A DNA stretch of 64,000 nt, from IMG/VR virus record IMGVR_UViG_3300032294_002877, positions 32,001 through 96,000 of that record; one strand, written 5' to 3'. The notes below the pieces were generated by a model. The model had not been told where the DNA came from. It did no database searches and was given only the letters and a program-made list of their open reading frames with translations. Of the stretch, positions 54,554-63,909 are shown piece by piece. The stretch is from a virus. Position 1 is the stretch's first letter, and every line of letters begins with the position of its first letter. Made by a program: the position numbers and the translations under genes.

Positions 54554-54563
54554 CAATAGGTAT

Positions 54564-54592
54564 TTGACCGCACGGTCCCGGTATCTTATAAT
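54564..54592 (+). promoter_or_regulatory. sigma70-type promoter
   Basis: TTGACC-17nt-TATAAT in intergenic gap. Confidence 0.7.
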
Positions 54593-54619
54593 ATGTAAGG
54601 AACTGGTAGCCTGCACACT

Positions 54620-54778
54620 ATGAACAATACTCTACTGCTATTTTTGGCTTTATCAATATTGGGTGGTATTGCTCACGGTCTTCTTAGAACGGTTGAAGTG
54701 AGACATAATCCATCAACCGGAATAAAACCATCTAAGAATCTATTTTCTTTTATTTTTATGGACACCAACAGATACTAA
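54620..54778 (+). CDS. small membrane protein (52 aa, absent from ORF track)
   Basis: manual translation MNNTLLLFLALSILGGIAHGLL...; stop overlaps next ATG. Confidence 0.45.
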   Translation: MNNTLLLFLALSILGGIAHGLLRTVEVRHNPSTGIKPSKNLFSFIFMDTNRY

Positions 54779-55308
54779 TGAACAGACTTAAAAACCAAAG
54801 AGTCTATTTAGCCGGTGCTATGGATAGGGTTGCGGACAGAGGAACAACATGGAGAGATAATATAACTCCTTTTCTAGAAAATTTAGGGGTTGTGGTCTTC
54901 AATCCTATAAAAAAACCAACAGATATAGGTCTGGAAGATAATGAAAGTCACAACGTCAAAACAAAGTTAAAAGCCCAACATAGATACGATGAATTATCGT
55001 CTATGATGAAAACTATACGTGGCGTAGATCTTAGATTGGTAGATATTAGTGATTTTCTTGTGGTAAATTTAGACCTAGATGTTCATCCTTGTGGAACATA
55101 TGAAGAAATCTTTGATGCTAATAGATCTAAGAAGCCAATACTCATACACGTTGAGCAAGGCAAACACTCAACTCCTGACTGGCTTTTTGGAACAATCCCT
55201 CATCAAATGTTTTTTTCTAATTGGGATGATATCAAAAGCTATCTATTGCATATCAATCAAGATGAAAACATTACAACATTCAATAGATGGCGTTTTTTCA
55301 ACATGTGA
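54778..55308 (+). CDS. nucleoside 2-deoxyribosyltransferase-like protein
   Basis: VYLAGAM, VFNP, DL..VD.SDFLVV, GTYEE. Confidence 0.8.
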   Translation: MNRLKNQRVYLAGAMDRVADRGTTWRDNITPFLENLGVVVFNPIKKPTDIGLEDNESHNVKTKLKAQHRYDELSSMMKTIRGVDLRLVDISDFLVVNLDLDVHPCGTYEEIFDANRSKKPILIHVEQGKHSTPDWLFGTIPHQMFFSNWDDIKSYLLHINQDENITTFNRWRFFNM

Positions 55309-55311
55309 TTT

Positions 55312-55515
55312 ATGCCCAAATACTATGTGGTATCAGGACAGATAAAATTTATTATTGATGCAAAAGACGAACTTACAGCTATTTTAGCAACAGTATCTCA
55401 TTATAGAGGCAAAGGATTGCTATTTGGCCCACAAATATGCATTAATCAAAAAGGATTTACAGCACAAAAAAGCAAACAAAAATGTTATGATACAGATAAA
55501 TTTCTAGGAATGTAA
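55312..55515 (+). CDS. hypothetical protein
   Basis: ORF. Confidence 0.55.
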   Translation: MPKYYVVSGQIKFIIDAKDELTAILATVSHYRGKGLLFGPQICINQKGFTAQKSKQKCYDTDKFLGM

Positions 55516-55516
55516 T

Positions 55517-56650
55517 ATGCAAAAAATAATTAATGATACAAAGTTGGATTTTGACGATGTACTTATAGTACCTCAAAGATCTACTCTTACTAGTAGATCA
55601 GAAATTAAACTCGATAGAACATTCAGATTCTATCATTCTCCCAGAGAATGGACAGGCATACCGATAATGTGTGCTAATATGAGTTTTTCTTCTTTCGACA
55701 TGGCTAAAAACTTATCAAAATATAAGATTATTACTTGCTTACATAAATATCATAGTGTTAATGAGTTAATAGAATATTTTACTAATTATCCACAAAATAT
55801 AGATTATACTTTTATTTCAATAGGATATAAAAAAACAGACCTTAATCATTTATTAGAATTTAAAAATAAAACAGGAATACAGCCGAATATCTGTATAGAC
55901 GTACCGAATGGTCATATGGATGTTTTTGTAAAATACTGTAAGAAAGTTAGGGATAGCTTTCCGGACTCTATTATCATAGCCGGTAATGTTACCAATACAT
56001 CGTCAACACAAGAATTGTTAATTTATGGAGGTGTCGATATTGTAAAAGTTGGTATAGGTGGTGGTAGAATGTGTACTACAAGATTTGTTACCGGATGTGG
56101 AATACCACAACTATCATGCTGCTTAGATAATTCCTATATCTCTCATGGACTACAAAACGGTTCCAAAAAATTAGGATTGATATGCTCAGATGGTGGACAT
56201 AAAACAGTCGGGGATGTTTGCAAAGCTCTTTGTGCTGGTTCAGATTTTGTAATGCTCGGTAGTTATTTTGCCGGTACTGACCCTTGCGTTGGAGAATGGC
56301 AATACGAAACAGAATATAGTCAAGAAACCAACTTAGACTACTGGGAAACGCAAAATTTGAACACAACAATAAACAGAAAAAAGACTAAGTTTACATATTA
56401 TGGAATGAGTACACATAAAGCACAAGAAATATTCGAAGATCATATTAAAGATTATAGAGCATCAGAAGGAACTGTCATCACCATACCATACAAAGGACCT
56501 GTAGAAAATGTTGTACAGGAATTGCTTGGCGGTATCAGATCCGCTTGTTGTTATATAGGGGCCTACCATATAAAGCATATGGCTAAATGTAGTCAATTTT
56601 GCAGAGTTAATCACATACATTCAAATAAAAATCCCGAGCTCGGTGTTTAA
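55517..56650 (+). CDS. guaC: GMP reductase
   Basis: LDFDDVLIVP, IDVPNGH, AGNV, KVGIGGG..CTTR..G.G.PQ, SDGG, YRASEG, GGIRSAC. Confidence 0.92.
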   Translation: MQKIINDTKLDFDDVLIVPQRSTLTSRSEIKLDRTFRFYHSPREWTGIPIMCANMSFSSFDMAKNLSKYKIITCLHKYHSVNELIEYFTNYPQNIDYTFISIGYKKTDLNHLLEFKNKTGIQPNICIDVPNGHMDVFVKYCKKVRDSFPDSIIIAGNVTNTSSTQELLIYGGVDIVKVGIGGGRMCTTRFVTGCGIPQLSCCLDNSYISHGLQNGSKKLGLICSDGGHKTVGDVCKALCAGSDFVMLGSYFAGTDPCVGEWQYETEYSQETNLDYWETQNLNTTINRKKTKFTYYGMSTHKAQEIFEDHIKDYRASEGTVITIPYKGPVENVVQELLGGIRSACCYIGAYHIKHMAKCSQFCRVNHIHSNKNPELGV

Positions 56651-57709
56651 ATGAAAATATCCTTATCCGCTCCTATAAACGATACAGGTTATGGTATAGC
56701 CTCTCTGAATATTATAAGGGAGCTAGCAAATCTAGATTATGATATATCTTATTTTGCTTTAGGACAACCGTCTGTTCATAATAGTCAAGACTATGATTTG
56801 ATTAAAAAAATATTGCACAATCAAGATAATTTTGATGTATATGCTCCATATCTTAAAATATGGCATCAGTTTGATCTGGCTCAGAGAATAGGACGAGGTA
56901 AGTATTGTGCGTTCCCTTTTTTCGAACTAGATATTTTTAATAAAAGAGAAAAACTTCACCTATCTGTACCAGATGAAATCATAGTATGTTCGGATTGGGC
57001 GAAACGTATAGTGATTGAAAATGGTATAAAGAATCCGGTTAATGTGGTACCACTAGGTGTGAATAGACTGATTTTTAATGACATGGTTAAAAAACAAAGG
57101 AATGATGATAAGTATGTTTTTATTAATATAGGTAAATGGGAAATTCGCAAAGGACACGATATACTTATAGATATTTTCCATAGAGCTTTTCCTGATAACA
57201 ATAATGTCGAACTTTGGATATTAGCACCAGAACATAATAATTCATATTCTAATGAAGAAGAATTAGAGAGATGGCATAAAAAATATTCTGGCGATAGGAT
57301 AAAACTTTTTAACGGACTACCAACCCATGAAGATGTAGCAAGGCTTATAGCAGAAGCTGATTGTGGTATTTTTCCATCTAGAGCAGAGGGTTGGAATTTG
57401 GAACTACTAGAGACTATGAGTATGGGTAAACCTGTTATAACAACAAATTATTCAGCACACACAGAATTCTGTAATCAAGATAATGCTTATCTTGTAGATA
57501 TTGCTTCTGTTGAACCGGCATATGATGGCAAAGCTTTTTATAAACAGGGCAATTGGGCAAAAATATCTGGTCCTGAGATTGACAAATTTACAGAATATAT
57601 GAAATATGTTGTCAAAAATAACATTAGAAATAATCCTAATGGTATTATAACGGCTAAACAATATAGTTGGAAAAATTCAGCCACAATACTTTCTGGGTGT
57701 ATTAAATAA
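56651..57709 (+). CDS. GT4 glycosyltransferase
   Basis: RKGHDIL, PSRAEGWNL..LETMSMGKPVI. Confidence 0.92.
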   Translation: MKISLSAPINDTGYGIASLNIIRELANLDYDISYFALGQPSVHNSQDYDLIKKILHNQDNFDVYAPYLKIWHQFDLAQRIGRGKYCAFPFFELDIFNKREKLHLSVPDEIIVCSDWAKRIVIENGIKNPVNVVPLGVNRLIFNDMVKKQRNDDKYVFINIGKWEIRKGHDILIDIFHRAFPDNNNVELWILAPEHNNSYSNEEELERWHKKYSGDRIKLFNGLPTHEDVARLIAEADCGIFPSRAEGWNLELLETMSMGKPVITTNYSAHTEFCNQDNAYLVDIASVEPAYDGKAFYKQGNWAKISGPEIDKFTEYMKYVVKNNIRNNPNGIITAKQYSWKNSATILSGCIK

Positions 57710-57710
57710 T
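57696..57710 (+). promoter_or_regulatory. GGTGTAT-class putative phage (late) promoter
   Basis: GGTGTATTAAATAAT followed by AGGAG RBS. Confidence 0.55.
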
Positions 57711-57729
57711 AACCAGGAGATAATATATT

Positions 57730-58275
57730 ATGCCTATTCCATCGCCAAACGGTAACGAAAAAAAAGATAAGTTTGTCTCTCGTTGTATGAGTGATGAGAT
57801 TATGAAAAAAGACTACCCAGACACAAAACAAAGGGTAGCAATATGTTTGGGGCAAACAAAAAAAGATAAATCTACACTTATGGAAGAAATAGATGATAAT
57901 ATTATGGCCTCAAACAGCAATTGGGATGATGAATGGAATGAATTTATATGGGATATAGATTCGCCTAAAAATATCTATGATGAAAATGAAATGATTATAG
58001 CATCAGACAAACCCAAAGACAAAAAAGTAACACTTAACAAACCATTCAGAACTCCTGGCGGTCCTAAAAAATTTAGTGTGTATGTAAAAAATGATAAGGG
58101 TAATGTTGTCAAAGTTAATTTTGGCGATCCTAATATGGAGATCAAAAGAGACGATCCAGAAAGAAGAAAATCATATAGAGCAAGACATAACTGTGATAAC
58201 CCAGGACCAAAATGGAAAGCAAATTATTGGTCATGTAAAATGTGGTCAAAAACAAATGTTTCAGATTTAACCTAA
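57730..58275 (+). CDS. conserved phage protein (modular, possibly virion-associated)
   Basis: MPIP..E...FVSRCM; KPFRTPGGPKKF.VYV...FGD...RKSYRARH.C. Confidence 0.65.
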   Translation: MPIPSPNGNEKKDKFVSRCMSDEIMKKDYPDTKQRVAICLGQTKKDKSTLMEEIDDNIMASNSNWDDEWNEFIWDIDSPKNIYDENEMIIASDKPKDKKVTLNKPFRTPGGPKKFSVYVKNDKGNVVKVNFGDPNMEIKRDDPERRKSYRARHNCDNPGPKWKANYWSCKMWSKTNVSDLT

Positions 58276-58305
58276 TTCAATAAAGAAATAACGGAGAAAT
58301 TGATC

Positions 58306-58845
58306 ATGAGCGATAAAAAAAATATTGAAGAATTATTAGTTGAACAAGAATCACAAACCAAAGCTCAAGAGGTAGAGGGTTATAGCTCGCAAACCGTTAT
58401 TGATTTATTAAAACAGTCTCTTAATATTCATTGGCAACAAACCACAGTATTATCCGCACAGGCTGTTCATTTAGAAAGATGGGGATATAAAAAACTTGCA
58501 GAAACCATTAAAGTAGATGCAGAAGAGGAGCATAAACATGCCATGATTAATTTGCAACGTCTAGAATTTTTTGATGCAGATTATCAACCACTGCTAGTAA
58601 ATCCACCAGCATGGACAAGACATGATATGCTAGCTATGATTCAATACAATCTAAATTCTGTTAGAGAAGCATCTCAAACAGAAAGAGCAACAGTTGTTGC
58701 TGCTAGAGCAGTTGGAGACGAAATGACAGCAAATATGATGATTCCTCTTCTACAAGGTAGCGAAGACGGAATCACGCTATATGAGGGCTATTTAAAACTT
58801 ATAGAACAAATGGGTCTGGATAATTTCTTGAGCATTCAGGCCTAA
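58306..58845 (+). CDS. ferritin-like (bacterioferritin-type) protein
   Basis: four-helix pattern; RWGYKKLA, EEEHKHA, LEFF. Confidence 0.75.
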   Translation: MSDKKNIEELLVEQESQTKAQEVEGYSSQTVIDLLKQSLNIHWQQTTVLSAQAVHLERWGYKKLAETIKVDAEEEHKHAMINLQRLEFFDADYQPLLVNPPAWTRHDMLAMIQYNLNSVREASQTERATVVAARAVGDEMTANMMIPLLQGSEDGITLYEGYLKLIEQMGLDNFLSIQA

Positions 58846-58846
58846 A

Positions 58847-59512
58847 ATGGGTTCCTACAAAAAAATACTTAATGATATTTCGTATTATTTGACATCTAAA
58901 GATATAGATAATATCAAATATGAAGAATTTCTCATCGAGTATCCTGTACCGAATATTGTTAAATTTAACTGGCATGATATACTCCCATCTCCTTATAGAA
59001 ATTCCAGTAATAAGACAATCAGAGAACTGGAGTTGCTAGAACAAAAAACGAACAGTAGATCTACCGAAGACGTAGAAATGCTATTGCTAATTGATGCGTC
59101 TCCAGAATATTATATCAATCAAATTATAGACAAATATAGATTAAACTCACATTTTGAGGCAATGAGAGAATTTTACAATATTATTAAGCCAATATTATTA
59201 AATCTCAAATATAAATTTAATAGACCAAGACCTTATCAATTAGCCAAAATTTATGGCTATGATATAAAGATTGTCAATACTCTAACGCATCACACACCGG
59301 CTTATCCGTCTGGACATACGGTGTATACAGCATTATATAGTAATATTTTATCATATTATTATCCCGAATATGCGACTCTTTTCGATCAAGCAATAGACAA
59401 AACAGCGTATGCTAGGGTTCTCCAAGGAGTTCACTATCCATCCGATAATCAAGCCTCAATTAAATTAACTAAATTTTTATTCGATAACCTATACCCGATG
59501 GTGCTAACATGA
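58847..59512 (+). CDS. PAP2/haloperoxidase-superfamily phosphatase
   Basis: K...RPRP, YPSGH, R..GVHYPSD. Confidence 0.9.
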   Translation: MGSYKKILNDISYYLTSKDIDNIKYEEFLIEYPVPNIVKFNWHDILPSPYRNSSNKTIRELELLEQKTNSRSTEDVEMLLLIDASPEYYINQIIDKYRLNSHFEAMREFYNIIKPILLNLKYKFNRPRPYQLAKIYGYDIKIVNTLTHHTPAYPSGHTVYTALYSNILSYYYPEYATLFDQAIDKTAYARVLQGVHYPSDNQASIKLTKFLFDNLYPMVLT

Positions 59513-60021
59513 CAGATAGAATCTATGAAATACTTAATGACATATCAGAAGCTGCTCAAAAAGCAACAAAAGAAAAATTAGAGACTTCAAACACTAAAGC
59601 AGAAATTGGAGATTTCACACAAATAGAACAATCTGAGGTTGAGACTCCAGAAATGGAACTGATGGAATATAAAAATGATTTCTATCAGATGAGCTTGGGT
59701 GCTATTAAGTCAATAGCGGTTCACGCTCAAGCCATCCTCGACGCCGTAGAAAGCGATTCTGTAAAAGAAGGCTTGACCGAGAGCTGGCTACAGGGTAAAA
59801 TCGCCATAACAGAAGATTACATGCTCACCATTCACAATTTCCTAATGTTCGGAGAGGCAGAAGCCGATATCAATGAGGCAGAAGCGAAAAAAAATCTTCC
59901 AGGACTTTGGGAAAACATAAGGAAGAAAAAAGAAAAGATGGGGAAAAAATATAAACCAGCAAAACCAGGAGATAAAGATAGACCAGATCCTGAAACATGG
60001 AAAAAACTGACAAAAGACTAA
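59509..60021 (+). CDS. conserved phage protein
   Basis: SWLQGKI...DYM; GLWENIRKKK...PGDKDRP. Confidence 0.6.
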   Translation: MTDRIYEILNDISEAAQKATKEKLETSNTKAEIGDFTQIEQSEVETPEMELMEYKNDFYQMSLGAIKSIAVHAQAILDAVESDSVKEGLTESWLQGKIAITEDYMLTIHNFLMFGEAEADINEAEAKKNLPGLWENIRKKKEKMGKKYKPAKPGDKDRPDPETWKKLTKD

Positions 60022-60061
60022 TTCGGAAATTTTTAAGAAACTAATCAAAGGATATTTACTA

Positions 60062-60646
60062 ATGGAAAAACAGTTTGATTCTCTGTCTACATATATTTCT
60101 TTAGCCAAAAAGACCATATCAAAATTTGCTCCAAAGTTTTATAATGGTCTCTCAATAGAGATGCTTAAAAATGAAGAAGCTATCTCGGATGTTGCTACTG
60201 CATTGATGTATGCTGATTGGAGATTTGACGATCAAAGAACGGGAAAAACAGGCAAACAGAAAACACTATATTCGTACAGAAATCAATGTGCAATATGGGC
60301 TATCAAGACATACGTAACGAATAAGTATAAAAAGAAAAAGAACTACAGTATAGACTACGATAATGAAAATGATCAATCAATGAACTCTATGATTGCTGAC
60401 GAATCTCAGAAATCGCCGTTGGATATTCTTATAGATTCAGAGAATGCAGAAATTCTATCTACAGGAATAGAGTGTTTATTAGATAATAACTTATTATCCT
60501 CAAAACAAAAACAACAAATTAGGATGTACTATTTTGAGGAAAAAACTTTGTCAGCGATAGGAAAAGAGTTTGGTGTCTCTAGGGAGGCTGTAAGACAAAA
60601 TATTAAAAGAGGCTTAGATATTATTAAATCCCATGATCACAGCTAA
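60062..60646 (+). CDS. phage-encoded RNA polymerase sigma factor (sigma70 family)
   Basis: region 2-like AIWAI; region 4 HTH KTLSAIGKEFGVSREAVRQ. Confidence 0.8.
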   Translation: MEKQFDSLSTYISLAKKTISKFAPKFYNGLSIEMLKNEEAISDVATALMYADWRFDDQRTGKTGKQKTLYSYRNQCAIWAIKTYVTNKYKKKKNYSIDYDNENDQSMNSMIADESQKSPLDILIDSENAEILSTGIECLLDNNLLSSKQKQQIRMYYFEEKTLSAIGKEFGVSREAVRQNIKRGLDIIKSHDHS

Positions 60647-60980
60647 AATAAAAATCTATATACTGATTTTTAATAAAGTTACACTCAAGCACGACATAGT
60701 ATCTTTAGATAAAGACATATTAAGTATTCCATCAATAGATATATGCGAAGGAATGAATTTGCATAATTCTTTGTGTCAAGTTTTTGAATCTTACATAGAC
60801 TTATCATCTATGTATATGAGATATAAACTTTATGATGTGTCGATAAATAACCAAGAATTACATATATCATATCTAATAATGCTACCATTTGGATCAAGAA
60901 TCAAAAATTGTTTTTTAATACCATCATCAGCGACACAAACTAATAATGAAAATATTAAACAAATTCTTCAGCTTCTTTAA
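60633..60980 (+). CDS. hypothetical protein
   Basis: ORF in operon. Confidence 0.55.
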   Translation: MITAKIKIYILIFNKVTLKHDIVSLDKDILSIPSIDICEGMNLHNSLCQVFESYIDLSSMYMRYKLYDVSINNQELHISYLIMLPFGSRIKNCFLIPSSATQTNNENIKQILQLL

Positions 60981-61383
60981 AAAGCCTCATGAAGAGACAA
61001 TGAATTTAGAAGACGAACAGTATGTTGGTGTGCTGTCTTTTAAAATTACGAACAAAAAAAATATAGATATCAATTGCTCATTACCAGATTTAAAAAATCA
61101 ATCAATTATAGACGTAGAAAACTTAGCCAAAATTTATGCAGAATTTTTATTCTATATCAATGAAGGTTTTTTAAAAGACGACATAATAGGAATCTTACAA
61201 AAAGATATCGATTCTGGTTATTACAAACAAGATGACGATAAAGCCAAAGCAACACTTTTTATAGACAATTTATTATTTAACTGGGCAATGGCTCATATAG
61301 AAAATAGAAAAAAAATAACCAAATCAGAAAAAAGTCATCAACCTATGATTAAACCTTCTTCGGTTTTCAATATATCCAGATAG
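60946..61383 (+). CDS. hypothetical protein
   Basis: ORF; C-terminal PMIKPSSVF. Confidence 0.6.
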   Translation: MKILNKFFSFFKKPHEETMNLEDEQYVGVLSFKITNKKNIDINCSLPDLKNQSIIDVENLAKIYAEFLFYINEGFLKDDIIGILQKDIDSGYYKQDDDKAKATLFIDNLLFNWAMAHIENRKKITKSEKSHQPMIKPSSVFNISR

Positions 61384-61446
61384 ATATTTGCTTTTTTGGT
61401 TTTGTATATTACTATACATAAGCAATATACAGAGCAAAACTATACA

Positions 61447-61887
61447 ATGAATGACAACTCTGATAAAAATATTATAGTCTGGCAGAAATGGGTGGATCCT
61501 TTTGGGGAAGAGGAGTTGTCTGAATTGCTGTCCTCTACAGACCAGTCTAATGAAAACGATGAAGAAATAAGCCAAGATTATATAGACGAAGATAATGATA
61601 AACAAAAAAATATTATTAGTAGAAAAAACATAAAAGTCATTGCAACACCAATGGGTATAATTCCTATAACGGAGAATACAGCAAGCGGTAAAATTTTTAA
61701 TTTTTGGATAGGCCATACAAATTTCAGTATAACTAAAAAAATAGCATCTATAATAGAAGAAATCTCTGGAGTAGAATCATTAGATGTTTTTACTAGGTAT
61801 AGATTTAGAATTGGTGTTGGTAAAGCTTTTAGTGATTCATCCGTAATGAGAAATATCAATGAAGAAATCTACTCGTATCTGGAATAA
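61447..61887 (+). CDS. conserved phage hypothetical protein
   Basis: WQKWVDP, FNFWIGHTNF.I, GVESL..TRYRFRIGVGKAF. Confidence 0.7.
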   Translation: MNDNSDKNIIVWQKWVDPFGEEELSELLSSTDQSNENDEEISQDYIDEDNDKQKNIISRKNIKVIATPMGIIPITENTASGKIFNFWIGHTNFSITKKIASIIEEISGVESLDVFTRYRFRIGVGKAFSDSSVMRNINEEIYSYLE

Positions 61888-61889
61888 AC

Positions 61890-62570
61890 ATGACACCATC
61901 GATTAACAATAATGATTCAGATATATCCAATATTCATCTATATAATATAGATATAGAAAATAGAGAGATATACCTACACGCACCATTTGATAATATAGAA
62001 GAAAGTAATCTTGACTATAGATCTGCTGTTATTTTTGAAAAAAATCTTAGACATCTAAATCTATTATCTCTTGAACCGATATTAGTTCATATGCATATTC
62101 CCGGAGGAGATTGGCAAGACTGTTTAGGTATGTATGATGCTATTAAATTATCAAAAGCTAGTGTTATAATTATCGCATATGCCAGAGCAGAATCTTGTAG
62201 TAGCGTTTTATTACAGGCTGCTGATCTTAGAATTTTGATGCCAAATACTAATGTATTGATTCATTATGGGTCTTTTACTTTAGATGGCGAACACAGTAAA
62301 GCGGCAGCGAGCAGTATAGAATGGAACGAGAGAGAGTGCGACAAGATGGTGGATATCTTCACAGACAGGTGTATAAATAGTAGTATATATAAAGAAAAAA
62401 ACTGGAAGAGAATGATGGCAAAAAAACATATTACATCACAATTAGCTAATAAATGCGATTGGATTTTAACAGCTGATGAAGCTGTTCATTATGGTTTTGC
62501 TGATGGTATTCTTGGTAGCAAAAAATTTCCTAATATAGACTATTTAAAAACTTATATTAAAAGAAAATAA
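61890..62570 (+). CDS. clpP: ClpP-family protease
   Basis: REIYL, PGG, AESCSS (Ser), LIHY (His), DWILTADEAVHYGFAD (Asp). Confidence 0.85.
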   Translation: MTPSINNNDSDISNIHLYNIDIENREIYLHAPFDNIEESNLDYRSAVIFEKNLRHLNLLSLEPILVHMHIPGGDWQDCLGMYDAIKLSKASVIIIAYARAESCSSVLLQAADLRILMPNTNVLIHYGSFTLDGEHSKAAASSIEWNERECDKMVDIFTDRCINSSIYKEKNWKRMMAKKHITSQLANKCDWILTADEAVHYGFADGILGSKKFPNIDYLKTYIKRK

Positions 62571-63229
62571 TGCGCATAGAATACGCCTGCTATGACTATA
62601 GCTTAATAGAAGAAGAAGTCAAAGACAATATAGAACAAGCTATAAAGATGGGCATTACAAATATAGCCCTATATCAATACAGCATTCCTTCCATAAAGTC
62701 TCTATTAGCTAATACAGAGAAACAAATATCGATATCTTGCCCAATCGATTACCCTTATGGTCTTTCTGATTTTAAAAGCCGTAATTTTATGGTTACCCAG
62801 GCGGCAAAACTGGATGTGTCTGTTATTGATTTAGTTATACCGGCCAAATGCGTGACCAATAGAAAATATGATAAAATTCGGGACGACATAAAAAGCAATT
62901 TAGAAATATGTCAAGAAAATAATATAGAGCTAAGATACATATTAGAGTATAGAGTATTTAATCATGAAATTTTAGCCAAAATATGTCAAATACTGAAAAC
63001 AATGGGTGTTAATAGCGTTATCCCGTCTACCGGTCAAATGATAGACGATATTAATGATAATATCATAGCGGCTAAATATTTAAATACCAAATCTGGTATA
63101 AGTACAATAATTAATGGGAATGTTTGGAATAAAACCCAGGCTGAAAATATCAAGCATTCTGGAGTTGAGTCAATAAGACTACACAAATTGTCAAGTATTG
63201 ATTTTTTTATCAAAAATAACAAATCCTAA
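62570..63229 (+). CDS. DeoC (deoxyribose-phosphate aldolase)-like protein, catalytic lysines apparently lost
   Basis: IDYPYG, IDLVI, RYILE, VIPSTG in place of IKTSTG. Confidence 0.75.
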   Translation: MRIEYACYDYSLIEEEVKDNIEQAIKMGITNIALYQYSIPSIKSLLANTEKQISISCPIDYPYGLSDFKSRNFMVTQAAKLDVSVIDLVIPAKCVTNRKYDKIRDDIKSNLEICQENNIELRYILEYRVFNHEILAKICQILKTMGVNSVIPSTGQMIDDINDNIIAAKYLNTKSGISTIINGNVWNKTQAENIKHSGVESIRLHKLSSIDFFIKNNKS

Positions 63230-63236
63230 ACTATTT

Positions 63237-63250
63237 GGGGTATAAATATA
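63237..63250 (+). promoter_or_regulatory. GGTGTAT-class variant promoter
   Basis: GGGGTATAAATATA upstream of AGGAG RBS of 63288. Confidence 0.5.
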
Positions 63251-63287
63251 GTGATTTCGCACACCCCTAATTTTGTAGGAGAAAACA

Positions 63288-63821
63288 ATGTCTATAGTAC
63301 AAGTCGATGGTTCCAGTGTTGTAGGTGGCTATTACGAAGGCGGATCCACAAAAAATAGTGGCGGTGTAGCAGTAAATGCTGGGCTATCTACCACTCTAGT
63401 TAACGAGCCAGTCAGCTCGCCCGATGTGGGAGTATTTGCTTCTGTTGTTGTTGACGGAACAGATACAGACGCCTCTCTGCTTGCTGGTGTTTTTGCTTAT
63501 AGTAACCAAAAACCAGTAGCAAAAAGAGTAACATCTTCATTAGCCACAATCAGCAACAAAGTATTAAGATCCGGCGCTGCTGTACCAAGTTTACAAACAG
63601 ATATTAATAAATTAGAATCTATTATCACCAATAAATTCTCAACATCTTTTAGAGCTGGTAATTTTAATTTATATACTGGCAAGTACAGTAGCGTGACTAC
63701 AGCAACAGATTCGTTTGGTAACGATACAGAGGCTCGCGTAACAAGAAGTGCTCCTGGTAGATTGGCATATCTCATTGGTAAATCCCCAGTAACTGTTGGT
63801 TACAAATCCAAAACAGGTTGA
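63288..63821 (+). CDS. putative virion structural protein (S/T/G/A/V-rich)
   Basis: composition; late-type promoter upstream and terminator downstream. Confidence 0.55.
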   Translation: MSIVQVDGSSVVGGYYEGGSTKNSGGVAVNAGLSTTLVNEPVSSPDVGVFASVVVDGTDTDASLLAGVFAYSNQKPVAKRVTSSLATISNKVLRSGAAVPSLQTDINKLESIITNKFSTSFRAGNFNLYTGKYSSVTTATDSFGNDTEARVTRSAPGRLAYLIGKSPVTVGYKSKTG

Positions 63822-63846
63822 GTATTATACAAAAAACCAAAATACT

Positions 63847-63881
63847 AAGAGCCAATGATGCATAATGTATCGTTGGCTTTT
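63847..63881 (+). terminator. intrinsic terminator
   Basis: 16-bp stem AAGAGCCAATGATGCA/TGTATCGTTGGCTTTT, 3-nt loop, ends in T run. Confidence 0.65.
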
Positions 63882-63909
63882 AGCATATATATATATGTAA
63901 GGAGAAATT

